A DNA stretch of 64,000 nucleotides from Macrostomum lignano (Eukaryota), in assembly GCA_002269645.1 (NCBI GenBank), contig NIVC01000658.1:372001-436000 (forward strand). The letters are read 5' to 3'. The notes under the pieces were generated by a model. It made no database searches and had not been told where the DNA came from. It saw nothing but the letters and a program-made list of their open reading frames with translations. Positions 1 to 64,000 of this stretch are shown here, in pieces. The translations under genes were made by a program, and so were the position numbers. The stretch's first letter is position 1, and every line of letters starts with the position of its first letter.

Positions 1-219
1 CAGTGCTTGAGAATCTGCCTCTCCGCTCTCCATCAGTGCTTGAGAATCTGCCTCTCCCGTTATAACAACCGAACGGGACCGAAAGGTACACGCCGTGACC
101 TCTCTTCTCTCTCTCTCTCTCTACCTCTCCCGTTATAACAACCGAACGGGACCGAAAGGTACACGCCGTGACCTCTCTTCTCTCTCTCTCTCTCTACCTC
201 TCCCGTTATAACAACCGAA
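1..219. repeat. Short direct repeats (24-bp x2; about 73-bp x2 plus a partial copy)
   Basis: cagtgcttgagaatctgcctctcc twice; cccgttataacaaccgaa three times. Confidence 0.85.
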
Positions 220-743
220 AGTGAGCAATTCACAGTCGCATCTTCATTTGTGCTCCCAGCATCACTCAATACGGCTTCCTCATCAGCCCAGACCCGCTCC
301 ATCAGTACCCGCCTATTCTCTCAATACTGTCTGAAGCCGCCATTGGTCGAACAGCCCTGAAAAATTGCACTGAAAGCAGAAATCTTATTGGTTCAAAGCA
401 GAGACCAGCTGAAAAATAATTCTCAGCTAAAAAGTAAAACATCTCTTCAACGCAGCATAGAAAAGCACTGGATGTCTGCAGCAGAAACCCTATTAAAGAA
501 AACTAATGAGTCAACGGCCACCATTGTGAATCCTTTTTTATCAAACTATCAGGCTATCAAGTCATTTGTCTGAATGCCTGTCTGACTGTCTGTCTGAATC
601 TCTTTAGAAGAAACAAGCGTTGCTGAAATTCAAGGTAAATAAAACTGCAATTTCTACAACAGGTAAGCAAAAGCTAGAGCAGCTGCCTCCCCTGAGCCGC
701 ATCCGGGATTGCTCAGTGGCTGGCAGGAAGGCTGGCGGGAGGG

Positions 744-62174
<61,431 letters not shown>

Positions 62175-63174
62175 GCAGAAACCTATCGTTTAAACAACAA
62201 GAAACCGGCGATGTTTTTGCGATAAGGAAGAGAGTTTTGATAACAGTGAATCAAAACTTTGATTTCAGATTATTTTCCAATATATTATATATTAATTCCA
62301 ATCAGTGTTTATCTATATAAAATGTCTATGGTCAAAACTGCTAGACAATAGTAACATAGCTAGTTTATTTATCTGATACTTTAGTAAGCTTTTAGCTAAA
62401 AAAATTAGCCATAGTTGTTAGTGCAGCACAATCGGTAGCATGTACATTGCACAACTTAGTCTAAACTGTATTTATACTCTGTAGGTGCATAACAGCTTAC
62501 TCAAACATTCTGCCTGATCAATTGAATATTCGCGGACACAACAAAATTACCTATTAATATTCTTCAGCATCCATTGTTTCATTTTTACACTACCGATAAA
62601 TCCGCCTTTTGAAGGCCTACGGTACCAATACTACTGAAGCTTGAGTAGTATAGTTTAGCTTGCAGAAACTTGAATGCCGTACCCAGTTTCCACTCCTATT
62701 TTTGTGTTTTGTCAGCCGCCATGCATTTTTGTTTTGGGTTCTCAGCCGTTATTGTTTTTGCTTATCACTTTTAGATACCGTAAATACTCCATTTGCGCCG
62801 CTGATCTTGTTAAACCAAGTTATATTAAAACAAATGCTATATTGCTTTGCATATATTGATATTTCTGAGTAGGTTATCGATATAGCTTTTTGATTAATCA
62901 AGCTTTATTACCTGTACACAGAAACTGATGCTGTCATTAAGTACGCCGCTAATTAATTTTATTTACTAATCAGTCCATTTTCCACCGCTAAAAGTGCATA
63001 AGCTAAAAGTGTGCAACCTTCGACTGTACAAAATATATTAACGTCGTTTGAATCCGTTCTTCTGTCAGTTGCAATCATCGTTTAATTAAAACAAATAATA
63101 GAATATTAATAATTCGTAACGTTTAGCTGTGCTTTTTGACAGATTTTTCTATTTAAACGAAATTCTCTAGCACA

Positions 63175-63592
63175 GATCTATCGTTACTTCTCCAGCACAG
63201 TTTGAGAGATACTCTAGCACAGTTTGAGAGATTCTCCAGCACAGTTTGAGAGATACTCTAGCACAGTTTGAGAGATACCCTAGCGCAGTTTGAGAGATAC
63301 TCTAGCACAGTTTGAGAGATACTCTAGCACAGTTTGAGAGATACTCTAGCACCGTTTGAGAGATACCCTAGCGCAGTTTGAGAGATACTCTAGCACAGTT
63401 TGAGAGATACTCTAGCACAGTTTGAGAGATACTCTAGCGCAGTTAGAGAGATACTCTAGCACAGTTTGAGAGATCTCTAGCACAGTTTGAGAGATACTCT
63501 AGCACAGTTTGAGAGATACTCTAGCGCAGTTTGAGAGATACTCTAGCACAGTTTGAGAGATACTCTAGCACAGTTTGAGAGATACTCTAGCA
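63175..63592. repeat. 22-bp minisatellite actctagcacagtttgagagat downstream of the stop codon
   Basis: Visible periodicity. Confidence 0.95.
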
Positions 63593-64000
63593 CTCTTTCT
63601 TCCCAGCCATCGGGGTTGCTGCATATTTCCATCTAAAAATAGCAACATGCAAGACTTTTCAATTGCTTGTCAGTCCAAGTGTCGCGCCAGCCTGCCAGGT
63701 CATGGTTCTTTAAAGTCTGCCTGGACAAGCCAAGGACATAGGAGAAGGACATAGACATGCTTCGGCTGTAGTGCAGAGTTTTTGGCGCCGCTTGCATCTC
63801 AGATGAAGCACATAAATCAGAACTAATTTAGACAGACTCTTATTGGCGATTTAGCTGCCTTATTAAAATTACCAGAATCCCAATACGTGAGGATTCCAAC
63901 GCATTGTAAGTTAGACCCACACCTTCGGATTCAATAAGGACATTATTTTTAACTTATTTCAATAATAATTTATTCGCTTAGGGATATTAAGTTAGTGAAT

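Noticed and set aside
62175-63170. Polyadenylation site of the gene
   Set aside because: AT-rich probable 3' UTR, but I saw only ATTAAA variants (e.g. near 62823 and 63085) and could not place the end.

Overview
Eukaryotic (invertebrate) genomic DNA holding one complete plus-strand gene: a LAR-family (type IIa) receptor protein tyrosine phosphatase, co-orthologous to PTPRF/PTPRD/PTPRS, fly Lar and worm ptp-3. I reconstructed about 21 coding exons by hand from GT-AG sites and phases between 744 and 62174. They encode signal peptide, 3 Ig, 9 FN3-like repeats, a membrane-proximal domain, a TM helix and tandem PTP domains D1/D2, ending ...[10 protein letters not shown] (about 2200 aa). All 20 introns carry at least one tandem array, mostly of different unit sequence; these arrays produce nearly all the long ORFs in the supplied track, which are artefacts. 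Short GC-rich exons in minisatellite-packed introns resemble a free-living flatworm such as Macrostomum (inference only). Most notable: (1) three separate in-frame signal-peptide starts (744, 7429 and an internal one at 43222 predicting a short Ig-less receptor); (2) a tandem 5' splice site at 44770/44774 where only the weaker donor keeps the phosphatase frame; (3) a five-fold tandem duplication of a 3' splice site; (4) inverted minisatellite pairs bracketing exons; (5) two MITEs. No prokaryotic features, CRISPR arrays, rRNA or tRNA were found.
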